Origin: a virus
Lineage: Duplodnaviria > Heunggongvirae > Uroviricota > Caudoviricetes
IMG/VR virus record: IMGVR_UViG_3300023707_000001
Length of the DNA: 64,000 nt
Direction: 5' to 3' (one strand)
Below the pieces are notes generated by a model. The model made no database searches. It was not told where the DNA came from and saw only the letters and a list, made by a program, of their open reading frames with translations. The stretch's first letter is position 1. The number at the start of each line of letters is the position of its first letter. Both the position numbers and the translations under genes were made by a program. This document shows positions 1-11,400 of this stretch, piece by piece.

Positions 1-525
1 TCTCTCGAAACAGAAGCGAAGGCTCTGAAGGGTGACGCTGTAGTTCTTCAGGAAAAAGTTGATGCTTTGAATAAGGACAAGGTTTCCCTGCAGGAATCTA
101 TTACCAAAATGAAGGCTGCCGCCGAAGAGAAAGAACTCGAACTTTCTCAGGAAAAGCAGCTGCGCGAAGCCGCTGAGGGCAAGGTTGAAGGCCTCGAAAA
201 AGAAGTCAAAATGAGCCTTGCAGAATCCCTTGCAACGCTGCGCGAAAAGGCTGGTAAGCCGGCTATCGAAAAACTTGCAGAGCGTTCTATTGACTCTTTG
301 CGTGATGCTATTTCGGACATCAAGGCTGAGCTGAAAGAAGCTGAAGCTAAGGCTGCCGAAGAAGCTAAGGCCGCAGAAGAGGCAAAGGCTGCTGAAAAAG
401 TAAAAGCAGCTAAGGGCTCTGTTGAAAATACCACTTTGAAAGAATCGGAAGAGACTCCGGGAGCAAATGCTGCTGAGAAGAAAGCCGCTGAAGTCCCCGC
501 TGCTGCCGAAGATTTTGATCTTTAA
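1..525 (+). CDS. C-terminal part of head scaffold/prohead protease-scaffold protein (5' truncated by window)
   Basis: Frame open from base 1; highly charged coiled-coil with AEEAKA repeats; lies immediately upstream of head genes. Confidence 0.55.
   Translation, partial: SLETEAKALKGDAVVLQEKVDALNKDKVSLQESITKMKAAAEEKELELSQEKQLREAAEGKVEGLEKEVKMSLAESLATLREKAGKPAIEKLAERSIDSLRDAISDIKAELKEAEAKAAEEAKAAEEAKAAEKVKAAKGSVENTTLKESEETPGANAAEKKAAEVPAAAEDFDL
340..411 (+). repeat. ~4 degenerate 18-bp tandem repeats encoding (A/E)EAKAA
   Basis: gctgaagctaaggctgccgaagaagctaaggccgcagaagaggcaaaggctgctgaa... Confidence 0.7.
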
Positions 526-544
526 TCAGGAGGACATTTAAGAA

Positions 545-2194
545 ATGGCTTTATTCCCAACTTCTAATACAACTCGCTTTAAGCTCCAGCCGGGTGGCCG
601 TGGTGAAGCATTCGTTGCTGACCAGCCGGGTTACCGCGATGGCGCAACGCGAATCAATCGTACAAACAATGGCCTGAGCGAAGCACCGCATGAATCGCTC
701 ACTGGTAAATACATTCTGGACAAGCGTCTGCCGGCACAGTTCAAATACGGTTACGCTGTTGGCTACAACAACATGGTTATCACCAAGGGCCGTATCGTAG
801 CAGCAGACCCGCACATGACTCGTCCGGACTGGACTACGGACCGTTACTTCAACGTTCTGACGCTGGCAAACGGTGGCGCAGTAGTTCGTCTCCGCAAAGA
901 TGGCGATGTTTATCCGACAAAAGAAACCCTGATTTCCGAAGAATCCCGTGGCGGCAAGGTTGCAGGCATTGGCCTGAACTGGGTTCCCGTTGAAGGTATG
1001 GACAAGGCTTGGGGCGAAGGCGTATATCGTGCTTGTAAGAACTCCGGCTCCATGCAGCTCGAAGAAGCTGGTATGGGTATCGACTCTGAACATACCGGTA
1101 AGGTTGTAGAAAACGCTGAAAAGGCTACCGACGGAACGGTTGTTGGCGGCAAGGTTACGGATGATGTTCGTCCTGCTAACGTTCCTCTGGGCATGATGGG
1201 CAAGAACCAGTTCACGCAGTTCAATGATGACAGCATGGATGGTATGATTCCTGCTCCGATTCTCACGGACAAGATTGTTGAACTTCCTTACTTCCAGTTC
1301 AAGGATAAGGCAGAAAAGCAGCCCTGGGGTGCTATCTATGGCGCACTGAAAGTCGGCGACCTGGTTAAGGCTGACGAAAACGGCCGTCTGGTTGTTTCTC
1401 CTCTGTCCTATGATGTAGTTCTCGACACGATGAGCTCTGCCGAAATCGAACGTGAACGCCAGCAGGTTGTTGGCCAGGTTATTTCCCTGACGCATGACAT
1501 GGTTCCCGAAGGTGGATATGAACTCGCGCAGTGGGCCCTGTCCGACCGTCTGAAATATGAAGGCTTGAACCCTGAAATCTACACGCAGAACAACCGTCCG
1601 GGTGAAGATGCAGTATCTGCTTCTGTATACCAGAGCACGGGCCGTTATCCGGGCTACCCGTATGACAAGGCATATAAAGAGCATGATTTGCATATGCTTT
1701 CAGTAGGCAATAACAACAACTACAGCAAGTTTATGCCGCTCGAATATCAGCTCGACAATGCTATTCCGGGTATTTCCGATGGTCACAATGCTGTTGTTCG
1801 CGACTTTGAAAACAACCATGCAGCCATTATCCTCGGCCGCAAGGACAAAACCCAGCCGTACGTTCGTCACATTATCAAGGTTTGCCAGAACGGTAACTTT
1901 GAAGATGGTTCCTTGAAGGTACAGCTCGGTGACGGTGATTTCATCGATGTTAACAGCCAGACTGTTAAGGGTGAACCCCAGAAACTGAACGACGCTTTCG
2001 CAGTTACCTTCTATAATCCGGTTATGGGCCTCGTTGCTATCGAAGTAATCGACGAAGCTAAAGCCGATGAAATGCTGAAGGATAAAGAACTCGTTGTTAA
2101 CCTGAAATATAAGAAGCGCGGTCTGAACGGCGTTCCGACGTTTATGGACTGGGATGGCTGCGTAGGCTCTGCGAAGATTCTCCTGCAGCGCTAA
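545..2194 (+). CDS. Phage head structural/decoration-type protein
   Basis: 549-aa ORF, AGGAGG RBS, strongly biased codons, between scaffold and capsid genes. Confidence 0.55.
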   Translation: MALFPTSNTTRFKLQPGGRGEAFVADQPGYRDGATRINRTNNGLSEAPHESLTGKYILDKRLPAQFKYGYAVGYNNMVITKGRIVAADPHMTRPDWTTDRYFNVLTLANGGAVVRLRKDGDVYPTKETLISEESRGGKVAGIGLNWVPVEGMDKAWGEGVYRACKNSGSMQLEEAGMGIDSEHTGKVVENAEKATDGTVVGGKVTDDVRPANVPLGMMGKNQFTQFNDDSMDGMIPAPILTDKIVELPYFQFKDKAEKQPWGAIYGALKVGDLVKADENGRLVVSPLSYDVVLDTMSSAEIERERQQVVGQVISLTHDMVPEGGYELAQWALSDRLKYEGLNPEIYTQNNRPGEDAVSASVYQSTGRYPGYPYDKAYKEHDLHMLSVGNNNNYSKFMPLEYQLDNAIPGISDGHNAVVRDFENNHAAIILGRKDKTQPYVRHIIKVCQNGNFEDGSLKVQLGDGDFIDVNSQTVKGEPQKLNDAFAVTFYNPVMGLVAIEVIDEAKADEMLKDKELVVNLKYKKRGLNGVPTFMDWDGCVGSAKILLQR

Positions 2195-2218
2195 TAAGTA
2201 CGGAGGTAAATAATACTA

Positions 2219-3463
2219 ATGATTTCTCTTAACGAACGCCTTACAAAGGCTGAAAATAGAATTAAGGCTTTGAAAGAAAATGAAGCTGCACGCGTAGCCG
2301 GTAAGCCGGCTGTGCACCAGCTGAAGGGTGATGCTTCCCTGAAGGAAATGGAAGCATATCGCACCTTCCTGCAGCAGCTCGGTGGCAAGGACACGACGGG
2401 TAAAACCGCTCGTGTTACCTTGAACGAAATGCTGACTTCCACGGATATCATCGATATGATTCCGAAAGTTATCTCTGGTGAAATGATTGAAGCCGCTGAG
2501 CCGGAACTGCTCGCAGCAAATCTCTTCACCAAGATTCAGGCTCCGGGCAATGGCGTAACCATTGTTGTTCCGGTTGTCGGTGAGGTTTATGTCCGTGAAG
2601 TCGGCGAAGGACAGCCCTTCGAAGAAAGCACGCCGGACCAGACCACGCTGGAAAACAATCGTTTGACCATCGATATCAAGAAGTATGGCGCCAAGGTTTC
2701 CATTACGGAAGAAGCTATGACCGACTATACTTGGGATATCCACGCTCTGACGATCCGCCAGATGGGCCGCGCATTCGCGAGGAACAAAGAAGAGAAGTGC
2801 TTCAAGGAATTCACGAAGCATGGTCATATCGTATTCGATAACGCTTTGAGAGACCAGCGCCCCGAAGTTGGTACGCACGGTCTGGACAAGCATGGCGAAG
2901 AAAACAATACGCTGTCCGTTGAAGACTTCCTGGAAATGATGCTGACGGCTATCACCAACAATCATACGCCGACCGACTTCTTCGCTCATCCCTTGGTATG
3001 GACGATCTTTGCCGCAAATGGAATGTCCGGCATTAGCGGTTCCTTCGGTGCTCTTGGTGGTATGGATGTTAACCCGAGCGGCGGTTCTCAGGGCAGCCCA
3101 AACTTCTCTGGCCTGCAGAATAACATTGGCAACCATCGCTTCATCCTCCGTCCGGAAGATGTACAGAACCGTCTGCCGATTCCTCTGACGGTTAACCTCA
3201 CCCCGCAGGTTAACTTCAATAAGGAACGCAAGGCATTTGACTGCTACATTGTTGACCGCAACAATATCGGTATCATTGCTCAGCGTCAGGAAGTTACCAT
3301 GGATAACTGGTCGAATCCGGAACTGGATGTCCAGTTTATCAAGGCCAAGGAACGTTTTGGAGTGGGGATCTGTGACCATGGTCGCGGCATCATGGTTGCC
3401 CGCAACATTGCTGCCGAGAAATCCTATCCGGAAAGCCTCCCGGTTCGCGTTATCGCAGAATAA
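2219..3463 (+). CDS. Major capsid protein (HK97-like fold)
   Basis: 414 aa; capsid-like segments (VREVGEGQPF, IKKYGAKVSITEEAMTD, KERFGVGI); GGAGG RBS; followed by terminator. Confidence 0.85.
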   Translation: MISLNERLTKAENRIKALKENEAARVAGKPAVHQLKGDASLKEMEAYRTFLQQLGGKDTTGKTARVTLNEMLTSTDIIDMIPKVISGEMIEAAEPELLAANLFTKIQAPGNGVTIVVPVVGEVYVREVGEGQPFEESTPDQTTLENNRLTIDIKKYGAKVSITEEAMTDYTWDIHALTIRQMGRAFARNKEEKCFKEFTKHGHIVFDNALRDQRPEVGTHGLDKHGEENNTLSVEDFLEMMLTAITNNHTPTDFFAHPLVWTIFAANGMSGISGSFGALGGMDVNPSGGSQGSPNFSGLQNNIGNHRFILRPEDVQNRLPIPLTVNLTPQVNFNKERKAFDCYIVDRNNIGIIAQRQEVTMDNWSNPELDVQFIKAKERFGVGICDHGRGIMVARNIAAEKSYPESLPVRVIAE

Positions 3464-3493
3464 TATCTGCTTTAATTTCCGGGTTATACATAT

Positions 3494-3522
3494 AAAGAGG
3501 CAGTTTATACTGCCTCTTTTTT
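3494..3522 (+). terminator. Intrinsic terminator after capsid gene
   Basis: aaagaggcagt-ttat-actgcctcttt plus T-run. Confidence 0.8.
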
Positions 3523-3525
3523 AAT

Positions 3526-3546
3526 TAAAGAAAATCCTCTGGTAAT
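3526..3546 (+). promoter_or_regulatory. Candidate phage late promoter (TAAA-N12-GTAAT)
   Basis: Same spaced motif recurs at 12261, 22195 and 57575, all intergenic. Confidence 0.4.
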
Positions 3547-3590
3547 AGCGGCACTGTAGAGAATGTATAAGTAGTAAACCGGAGGATGAA

Positions 3591-3974
3591 ATGAGTAAAA
3601 AATACACCGAAACAGAAATCGCGCAAATTCAAAACGAGTTACTTCAGCAAGTCGATAAGGAAAATGATTTCCTGACCGAAATTGAACAGCTCGCACAGTC
3701 CATTGCGCACAGGCTCCTTCTTAAGAATAATACAAAAGAGGACTTTATGGATACGGAGTTCATCTTCACCTGGAGGTATGACGACATCCGCAAAATACTC
3801 TATGTAATGAGAACGGATACCCTGAAGCTGAAGCTCGGAATGGGCAGATATAGGCCTGGTATTTTTGCAGAAGAGTATAACGAAAATCTGACCATGGAAG
3901 AAAATCTTTACATCGCTGTTAAAGCGGCGCTTTGTTCCAAGGCTGGAATTATCAATATCGACGACGAAGACTAA
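3591..3974 (+). CDS. Hypothetical protein
   Basis: 127-aa ORF with GGAGG RBS. Confidence 0.6.
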   Translation: MSKKYTETEIAQIQNELLQQVDKENDFLTEIEQLAQSIAHRLLLKNNTKEDFMDTEFIFTWRYDDIRKILYVMRTDTLKLKLGMGRYRPGIFAEEYNENLTMEENLYIAVKAALCSKAGIINIDDED

Positions 3975-3991
3975 ATGGAGGTCATTATATA

Positions 3992-4738
3992 ATGGCAAAT
4001 GTAATTGCACGCGTAAAACTTGCTCCTGGTGAGACAGGTTTCTTTGATAGGGAAGCGAATGTCTATCTGAATTGGGGACATCCGGTAGCCGATGTAATAA
4101 AGGGTGCTCCCCTGAAGAAGCTCCGCAGGGCTGTTAAAGATAAGAAAATTGTGGTAGTGGCAGGAACTCTTGGCCAGGGCAAAACTTTTAAGCAGATTCT
4201 TATGGAAGCAAAGAGCAAACGCACCGGCATTCCCCTGGAAGAACTGATGGGTAATACTCCGCTTGCTTTCGAACCGACTGAGGTTATTAGCGATATTCCT
4301 GGTGAAAAAGTACCTCCGGTTGATGTTCCGAAACCGGCTGAAGAAGTACCGGTTGAACCCGGGAAGGCCCCCGAAGGAAAAAATCCTTACGACCCTAATA
4401 ATCAGCAAAAGGAATGGATGATGTGGGAAAATGAACATCATCCAAAAGTTATGCCGCTCAAAGAAGCCCCTAAGGCTGACACCCCTGTTGAGCTCGAAGA
4501 GGTAGTGGCAGAAACCAAGGTTTCCAAGGAAAAGGCAACTGTAAAAGCAGAGCTTAAGGAAGAACCTGCCGCTGAAGAGCCGGCTCCTGAGGAAGCATCC
4601 GCCGAAGAGGCACCTGTGGAAGAAGCATCCGCCGAAGAAGCTCCGGTAGAGGAAGCACCTATAGAAGAGGCTCCGAAAAAGAAAACCACCCGTAAGAAGT
4701 CTACCAAGAAAGCTGACGCAGAAGCAGAAAAGAAATAA
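3992..4738 (+). CDS. Virion-associated protein with acidic Pro/Glu-rich repeats and Lys-rich tail
   Basis: ATG at 3992 follows GGAGG (better than 3932); EEAPV/EEASA repeats; position in head-completion region. Confidence 0.6.
   Translation: MANVIARVKLAPGETGFFDREANVYLNWGHPVADVIKGAPLKKLRRAVKDKKIVVVAGTLGQGKTFKQILMEAKSKRTGIPLEELMGNTPLAFEPTEVISDIPGEKVPPVDVPKPAEEVPVEPGKAPEGKNPYDPNNQQKEWMMWENEHHPKVMPLKEAPKADTPVELEEVVAETKVSKEKATVKAELKEEPAAEEPAPEEASAEEAPVEEASAEEAPVEEAPIEEAPKKKTTRKKSTKKADAEAEKK
4559..4678 (+). repeat. Eight 15-bp in-frame repeats (EEPAA, EEPAP, EEASA, EEAPV...)
   Basis: Visible in DNA and translation. Confidence 0.8.
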
Positions 4739-4753
4739 GGATAGGTGTGAGCC

Positions 4754-5581
4754 TTGTATCAAAAGTTTACCGTTGAGTCAGTCCGCGTAGTTGAGGCTGA
4801 CCATGCAATAAACATCGGTTTTACATTTGATGTTGACGAAGACTCGGTAACAGACGCTTCTGTTTATGTAACGCAAAAGGGTACACTAAAACCTATAATC
4901 ATGTCGAAAGTAACCGTGGATGGCCCCACGGTTACTCTTGAATATGAGTCTTTGAATGTAAATACCGATTATGAAGTCGTTGTTACAAAAGATGTAAAGT
5001 CGATTATGGATGACGAGCTGGCTATCGAATTCAAGAAAAAGATTCGCATCATTTCCAGAGTGGATAGCACAGTAAACATCACCACGCCAATCGACTACGA
5101 AGAACTTGAGCAGCCAAAATTTGTATACGTTGAAGTTCCTGGGAAAAGCGGTAAAAAATTTGACCGCTTCCGGCTGCAGGTTGCATCCGACTATGGTTTC
5201 CTGAATGTAATTTACGATACGGTCATTGAAGGCCGCAACGAAGTAACGATTACCGGCTTAAAACCATCCCCGCAATATTTTGCACGAGTACGTGTGGAGG
5301 CCGGAACTAACGAACGCGGAAACTGGTCGGAACCTCGTACATTTATATTAAAGGGCGAGCCGGAGCCGGACTACACGGAACATGATGAGCCGAAACAGGA
5401 CAGCGAGAAAGAAAAACCTGCCGCAGAAGATGAGGCGTTTTTTGAAGATGATTTTGAGATAGTCGGATATCCCGAAAATGGTGTGACGCCAAACGGCAGC
5501 TTTATTATCGAGTTTGATGGAGACATTGATACATCATCCATCGATATTTCAAATATTGTACTGACAAGAAAGCAGGTGTGA
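4754..5581 (+). CDS. Ig-like/fibronectin type III domain structural protein
   Basis: Beta-rich; FN3-like TGLKPSPQYFARVRV...GNWSEP; TTG start after AGGTG. Confidence 0.6.
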   Translation: MYQKFTVESVRVVEADHAINIGFTFDVDEDSVTDASVYVTQKGTLKPIIMSKVTVDGPTVTLEYESLNVNTDYEVVVTKDVKSIMDDELAIEFKKKIRIISRVDSTVNITTPIDYEELEQPKFVYVEVPGKSGKKFDRFRLQVASDYGFLNVIYDTVIEGRNEVTITGLKPSPQYFARVRVEAGTNERGNWSEPRTFILKGEPEPDYTEHDEPKQDSEKEKPAAEDEAFFEDDFEIVGYPENGVTPNGSFIIEFDGDIDTSSIDISNIVLTRKQV

Positions 5582-5582
5582 A

Positions 5583-6257
5583 GTGGAGCGCGTAAATTTT
5601 TCCTATAGAGTTTTTGATAACTGCCTGGAGATTATCCCAGACGAAGGTATTAAAAACAACAGCGTCTACAAGCTAACTCTGCGTGATATTCGGTCTGCAG
5701 AAGGCCATAAAGTACTGGATAAAAAGACTTTTGAAATCACGACAGCAATGACACCTGCTTATTGCTCTGTGGATGCTATTCGTACACTTGTGGATGTGTT
5801 TGACGTATCAGAATCCACGATACTGTTTCAAATTAGGCAGGCCAGTAAAGAAGCGGACTTCATCTGGCGTTCTGTTTACGATAAGCCGATTGTGCGCGAT
5901 GCGGATGGGAATTATCCGTTCCCTATTGAGCGCTTTACAGAAGTCCGTGCGAGCCAGCTTGCCTTAACAAAAGCATACATTACAGGTACGTCCGAAAGCG
6001 GCCTGGAGGGCACACTTGGTAAAATTTCCTTCAAGAATGGAGAGGAACTGGGAAATATCCGTAAACTTATCGATGACCTCAAGAAGGAAGCAGATAAGTG
6101 GCAGGATGCTATTCGTGGCTATGTATTTGGCGGCAGAAATACTCCGGCATACGCTTTGCGTGGCAATCGTTCGTGGCGTGCTACGCCGGCTGCAGCAATT
6201 CTCAACAATTACAACCGCAATGGCAATATGGGCCTTAAAGGAGGCTACATTATCTAA
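5583..6257 (+). CDS. Head-tail adaptor/neck-type protein
   Basis: Ig-like N-terminus then helical domain starting PAYCSVDAIR; gene position. Confidence 0.5.
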   Translation: MERVNFSYRVFDNCLEIIPDEGIKNNSVYKLTLRDIRSAEGHKVLDKKTFEITTAMTPAYCSVDAIRTLVDVFDVSESTILFQIRQASKEADFIWRSVYDKPIVRDADGNYPFPIERFTEVRASQLALTKAYITGTSESGLEGTLGKISFKNGEELGNIRKLIDDLKKEADKWQDAIRGYVFGGRNTPAYALRGNRSWRATPAAAILNNYNRNGNMGLKGGYII

Positions 6258-6718
6258 TGTTAGACCCAAGCTTTAATAAAAAGATACGCAAGATAATTCA
6301 CAAACTGGAATATAAGATGTATGTGGTTATTCTCGATAAAAAAATGGCCTGCACTTGTCGTGACGTAAATGACACGCCAAACCCGGACTGCCCTAAATGC
6401 TTGGGTACAGGCCACCGTGTTAAGGTAAAACGTATAACCGGCGTTATGGAGCCAGATGAGGTATCACTCCGTCTGGAAGGGCAGCAGCAGGCAGCTCCAT
6501 CCAACTATTATTATTTCGACGCAGATAAGGTGCCCAAGGAAGCGGTAGCTGCGGGAAATATTATTGTGCGGGAAGATGAGGCGGATATTTTACAGGGCGC
6601 AAAGAAATATCGCTCCGATTCAAACAGGGTTATCTACTATTATACCGAAGCCGTCCCGATGAAATCTAACATTAAGCTTTTTCTGAAAAACTTTTACAAT
6701 CTGGTGAGAGTAAAATGA
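6257..6718 (+). CDS. Head closure/neck protein with Zn-binding motif
   Basis: CTC...CPKCLGTG motif; overlapping stop/start; neck position. Confidence 0.55.
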   Translation: MLDPSFNKKIRKIIHKLEYKMYVVILDKKMACTCRDVNDTPNPDCPKCLGTGHRVKVKRITGVMEPDEVSLRLEGQQQAAPSNYYYFDADKVPKEAVAAGNIIVREDEADILQGAKKYRSDSNRVIYYYTEAVPMKSNIKLFLKNFYNLVRVK

Positions 6719-7734
6719 TTACAAACATTAAACAGATTGATAAACATAAGTCGGTACTGCTCATTGGTATCGGAGAGACAAATAAATACCTGCACGATAT
6801 TGTACGGCCGGAACGCATATCAGAGGCCAGAGAAGTCTTTGGGGAATGTGACTTGGTTAGCTCCTATGAGCTTCTTGCACAAGACAATGAGGATAAAGAC
6901 ATCTTTATGATGAATATCGAGTTAATGACAGATTATCTCGATATTGCCCAGCTGGTGTCCAGCTATGACTTTGCCTATGTAGTTCCTATCGATGTAGGTA
7001 TCTCCAATTTCTTCTACGATCCGCACAATGACGGCAGGAAGACGTTTTATATTCAGTATCTTATCGAGGCACTGAAAGAAGAAAGTGATACAGTTTTTCT
7101 TGTCACAGATACACACGCAACCCTTTATCAGGATATTGACCAGTTTTTGCAAAGCATGCGTTATCGTGAAAAAGAGTTTCGGGCGGCAATAAAACTGCAG
7201 CACACGAAGCGACAGATTGTATTTGTTGCTAACAACCTGAATGAGGTTAATTACGGAAATGTTGAGCTTGCTCGCATGATTTTATTGTCAGAAGTAAATG
7301 AATATCCGATTGATAATAGGAGAGTAAGCGCCGTTTTTAATATCGACTTTACTGACGATATTGGAAGTATGGCTTATTTTAAGACGCATGCAAACGGGGT
7401 AACAACGGTTGAAAACCTCTTAAACTTTGATGATGAGGAGGAGCCGACAAAGATATTTTTCATTTACCGTATTTGCCTCTATATTGCAAAAGAGCTGGAC
7501 TTTACGGAATATATTGGCTCTAAATATATTCCCTACAAGAAGCAACGGGTTGAAAGTATCGTATCACAGTACCTTGATACCCTGGTCGGTTTTATTATAA
7601 CAGGTTATGAGATTAACGAAGTGTTTGCAAAAGAGGACCCGCTGCACCCCGGCACGGTTAATATCATTCTCCGATATTCCATACAGCCGGTAGGTTGCTC
7701 GGAGCGCTTTATTACAAGAACGCTAAAGATTTGA
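6715..7734 (+). CDS. Short tail-sheath-like protein
   Basis: C-terminus (EYIGSK...IVSQYLDTL..FIITGYEI...VNIILRYSIQP) parallels the sheath C-terminus at 8445-11489. Confidence 0.5.
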   Translation: MITNIKQIDKHKSVLLIGIGETNKYLHDIVRPERISEAREVFGECDLVSSYELLAQDNEDKDIFMMNIELMTDYLDIAQLVSSYDFAYVVPIDVGISNFFYDPHNDGRKTFYIQYLIEALKEESDTVFLVTDTHATLYQDIDQFLQSMRYREKEFRAAIKLQHTKRQIVFVANNLNEVNYGNVELARMILLSEVNEYPIDNRRVSAVFNIDFTDDIGSMAYFKTHANGVTTVENLLNFDDEEEPTKIFFIYRICLYIAKELDFTEYIGSKYIPYKKQRVESIVSQYLDTLVGFIITGYEINEVFAKEDPLHPGTVNIILRYSIQPVGCSERFITRTLKI

Positions 7735-7744
7735 GGCACGCATA

Positions 7745-8422
7745 ATGGAAACATATGACAGTCAGGTTCATAGCACAGATGCTTTTGAGGAGCTATTGAA
7801 CCGAAGGCAGGGCGGAAGGCAGCAAGCGGGACAGGCATCTGCCCCTAAAAGAGTAAAACGGGATACAGACTATTCCAGGGCTGAAAAAGGCGCCTCAATG
7901 GCTGATTTTTTCGAACTGGTAAAACAAATGGTTATTAAGGCACTTAAGAAAGAAAAAGTAGAAATCGTTCCCAATGATGGCCCGCGAAGAGTGCTTGACC
8001 CGGCCGAAAAAATCGACCACCCGCTCATTTATTATAAAGTCGTATCAAGAGTCCCTCGGGATAAAAACTATAAGCCAAGATTTCGAGAGGACATTTATGA
8101 TAGAAACCCTGATGGCAGTGAAGTAAGACAAGGAGCAATTTATGGTCAGTTTTTTGATTGCGAAATTCAGTTTGATATTATTGCCAGTGATTACAGTACT
8201 GCAGACCGGGTAATGAATGCTTTTGAAGATGCAATGCAAAAGTATGCTGGTTTCTTTAAAAGAAACGGTGTAAGTGAAGTTTTATTCGCAAAACAGTTTA
8301 CAGATGAAAATCTTGATATTTACCGACAGAAAATGTCAGTAAGGTCTTTGGTTTATGACGTAGCTATTGAGCGTATTCGGCTTGCTTATGACACGACAAT
8401 AACAGAAATCACTCAATCTTAA
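7745..8422 (+). CDS. Tail completion/terminator-type protein
   Basis: 225 aa directly before the sheath gene; positional inference. Confidence 0.45.
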   Translation: METYDSQVHSTDAFEELLNRRQGGRQQAGQASAPKRVKRDTDYSRAEKGASMADFFELVKQMVIKALKKEKVEIVPNDGPRRVLDPAEKIDHPLIYYKVVSRVPRDKNYKPRFREDIYDRNPDGSEVRQGAIYGQFFDCEIQFDIIASDYSTADRVMNAFEDAMQKYAGFFKRNGVSEVLFAKQFTDENLDIYRQKMSVRSLVYDVAIERIRLAYDTTITEITQS

Positions 8423-8444
8423 TCTAAACATGGAGGTACTCTAA

Positions 8445-11400
8445 ATGAGTGTACTTAACGAGGGGAACAATCTCGCTGGTGTCCTGATTGACATCGAAAG
8501 TGAAGTCAGCAGAGATTATGACCCGTCTCTGTGGGGAACTACAGAGTCCGTAGTAGTGATTGGTACAGCATTCCAGGGTCCCGTTGGCGTTCCGACTCAG
8601 ATCTACAACGTAGATATGGCTCGTTACTTCTTCGGTGCAACCTACGATAGTGCAACCCATCGCTCTGCTTCTCTGGTTTCTGGCATTCAGGCCTGCTTTG
8701 AACGCGGCTGCCGTACAATCTACGGTATGCGTGTTGGCGGCAAGGATATTTACAAGGATTTCCGCCTCTGCGAAGCTTCTGAGAAGTATCGCCTGCGTAT
8801 TTCCGGCCAGACCCCGACGAACATTACGAAGCAGTGCTACCTGCGTATTAACGTAGCTTCTGGCTTTGAGCAGATTACGCTCTATAAGCCCGCAACGAAA
8901 GCCACGATTGCTGAAAGAAAACAGGCTCTCGTGGAAGATATGAACTCCGTTCTCGTGTCTCATATCAACCTGAATGCAGACATCGGCCTTACCCGCAACG
9001 ATAAGCTGGTAGACCTCGTAACGCATTTTAACCGCAATGAGCATAACAACGTGTTTGTTATGAGCATTGTTGATGCTGATGGCAACGATGTCACGAACGC
9101 TCCTGAAGCCCAGGACCTGCGTATCGGCTCCCTGTTCTCCGGCGTATATTTCGTAGGCCGTGACAAGAACAGCGCTGCTGCTCCGGCATACTCTGTTGTT
9201 ACGGCTCGCGCTATTATTAGCGAATCCGACCCGAAACCGTATAGCTCTTACAAAGAGAAGTTCTACCGTGTTGTAGAATTCAACTCTGATGTATCCAGCG
9301 AATATCCGATTACCGCTCGTCGTTATGACGAACTGAAGAATCTCCTGCAGGGCGCATCCGTTGCTGCCGGCAGCGATTACAAGTTCCTCGAAACGCCGGG
9401 TGTTGCAGACCGTGTATGGGTTCCGGATGCAGTGGATTACGAAGAGGCAGGCCTGACGGGCTTTGAGCTTTACAAGCGTCTTGGCTCTGGTTTTGCTGTT
9501 ACCGCCCAGGCTATCGAGCGTAAGGGTAAGGACAGCAAGGGTCGTGAACGTCGTCCTCGCATTATTGAAACTCCAGCAGATGACGCTAACCATATCGTCG
9601 GCATTAACGATGGTATCTATGCTCTGCTTGAAAATACGGAATGCCAGTGGCGTGTATTGGTTGCTGCAAACGCTGATGACAAGGCTGATGGCAAGCTGCC
9701 CAAGGCAGAAGCTTTCAAAATTGCATCCCCCAACCAGGTAAAACTGTTTGGTAACCCTGTTAGCGGCAACGGTGCTCTCATCACGGCTACGCCGAAAGTT
9801 GATGAGACTGACCTGACGGCTCCGAAAGAATACGAATTCCATTTCGTAAAGGTTGACGAAGAGGAAACCGAATACGACAACATCGGTGACATTTACACAG
9901 ACCATGTCGCTAAGATTATCGGCCGCGTAGATGGCGGTGTTGCTGAACTGAAGGCAATGCTGAAGAACGACAAGTACCCCAACGGTACGATGTTCCTCGT
10001 ATTTGAACCGGATAATGCTGCAGAAGGACACCTGTACCGCATCCTTGATGGTAAGGCTGGCCTCCTGAATATCTCCCGTCTGGAAAACGAACTGCTGAGC
10101 GTAAACCGCGAACTGTACGTTGGTCAGATTGCAGGCGATAATCTCGTTTTCGTTCCGGCTGATGTAGTTGTAAACACCGATGCTCCTACGACTTATCTCT
10201 CCAAAGAGTATGTTCTCGTAGACAACGGTACGTCCCTGTTTGTTGCTGCTGTTGGTGAATCCAAGGTTAACCCCGGCAAATGCAAGCTCCGTCCTCTGGG
10301 GACGCTTGAAACCATGCTGGGCGACAACGACAACAAGACGCTCATTTACGTTGAAAACTCCTACGGCCAGAAGAACCTTGTCAATATCACGACCGGTGCA
10401 GCGGACTTCATTCCCCTGGAAGAGTTCATGGAACTCATGCAGGAAGATACCTCCCTCAACAAACTGTTCAGCTTCGAGCTGACGGAAGAGGGCGCAGACC
10501 TCCGTTCTGAATACCCCGAGGATATTGAAACGAGTTATGTTACCACGACTGGTGGCAACCCCTACTTCGAGCAGGCACTGCCTGATGGCACGGTAGCTCC
10601 GGGTGAAACGTATGTTCTCGCTGAGGAAAAATCCATCGGATATGACTACAGCAAGTACATTCCGTTCCGTACGAGCGATAACTTCGTTCGTCAGCTCGCA
10701 CAGCACTGCGCAAAGACCTCTCTCGGCACTTCCATGACGCACGGTGTAATTGGTTACAGCCCGCTCCGTAACTACTCCCTTAAGGGTATCGCAGAGCGTG
10801 TAAACGAACTGCTTAGCGCAGATTACTCCCTGTATGCGAAGAAGTGGAACGGCCGCGAAATGCTCGGCCTTGACGGCAACCCGTATGAGGTTGGCGGCAA
10901 TGTAACGGTAACGGCATTCCAGTATCCGATTACGTCCTCAAACGATGGCGTTGTCACTACTGTTAACGGTGCCGCTGGTTATGCCGGCATGGTATCCGTA
11001 CTGCCTGTTGACCAGAGCACAACGCTGCAGCCGACTGGCCTTCCGACGGTTGACTTTATCTTCTCCAACAACCAGCTGAAGCAGTTGATTGGTAAGGGAT
11101 ATGTTACCACGAAGATGTCCAGCACAAAAGGCATCTGCATTGCTGATGGTGTAACGATGGCTCCGGCTTCTGAATTCAGAAACCGCCTCTCCATTGTTCG
11201 TACCATGAACGCTTGCGGCGATTCCATCCGCCAGGCTGCTGAACCTTACATTGGTAAGAAGAACAACCTGCAGAATCGCAGTGCCCTGAAGACGGCTGTT
11301 GATGGCGCTCTTAACAGCCTGAAGGATACGCTCATCTGGGATTACAAGTTCGAGATTGATAACCTGAGCACGTATACAAGCGATGCTGAGATTAACATCA

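Noticed and set aside
8424-10742. 772-aa antisense ORF over the sheath gene (also 551-1693 and 2216-3379)
   Set aside because: Shadow ORFs caused by strong codon bias of highly expressed + strand genes; no RBS or recognisable motifs
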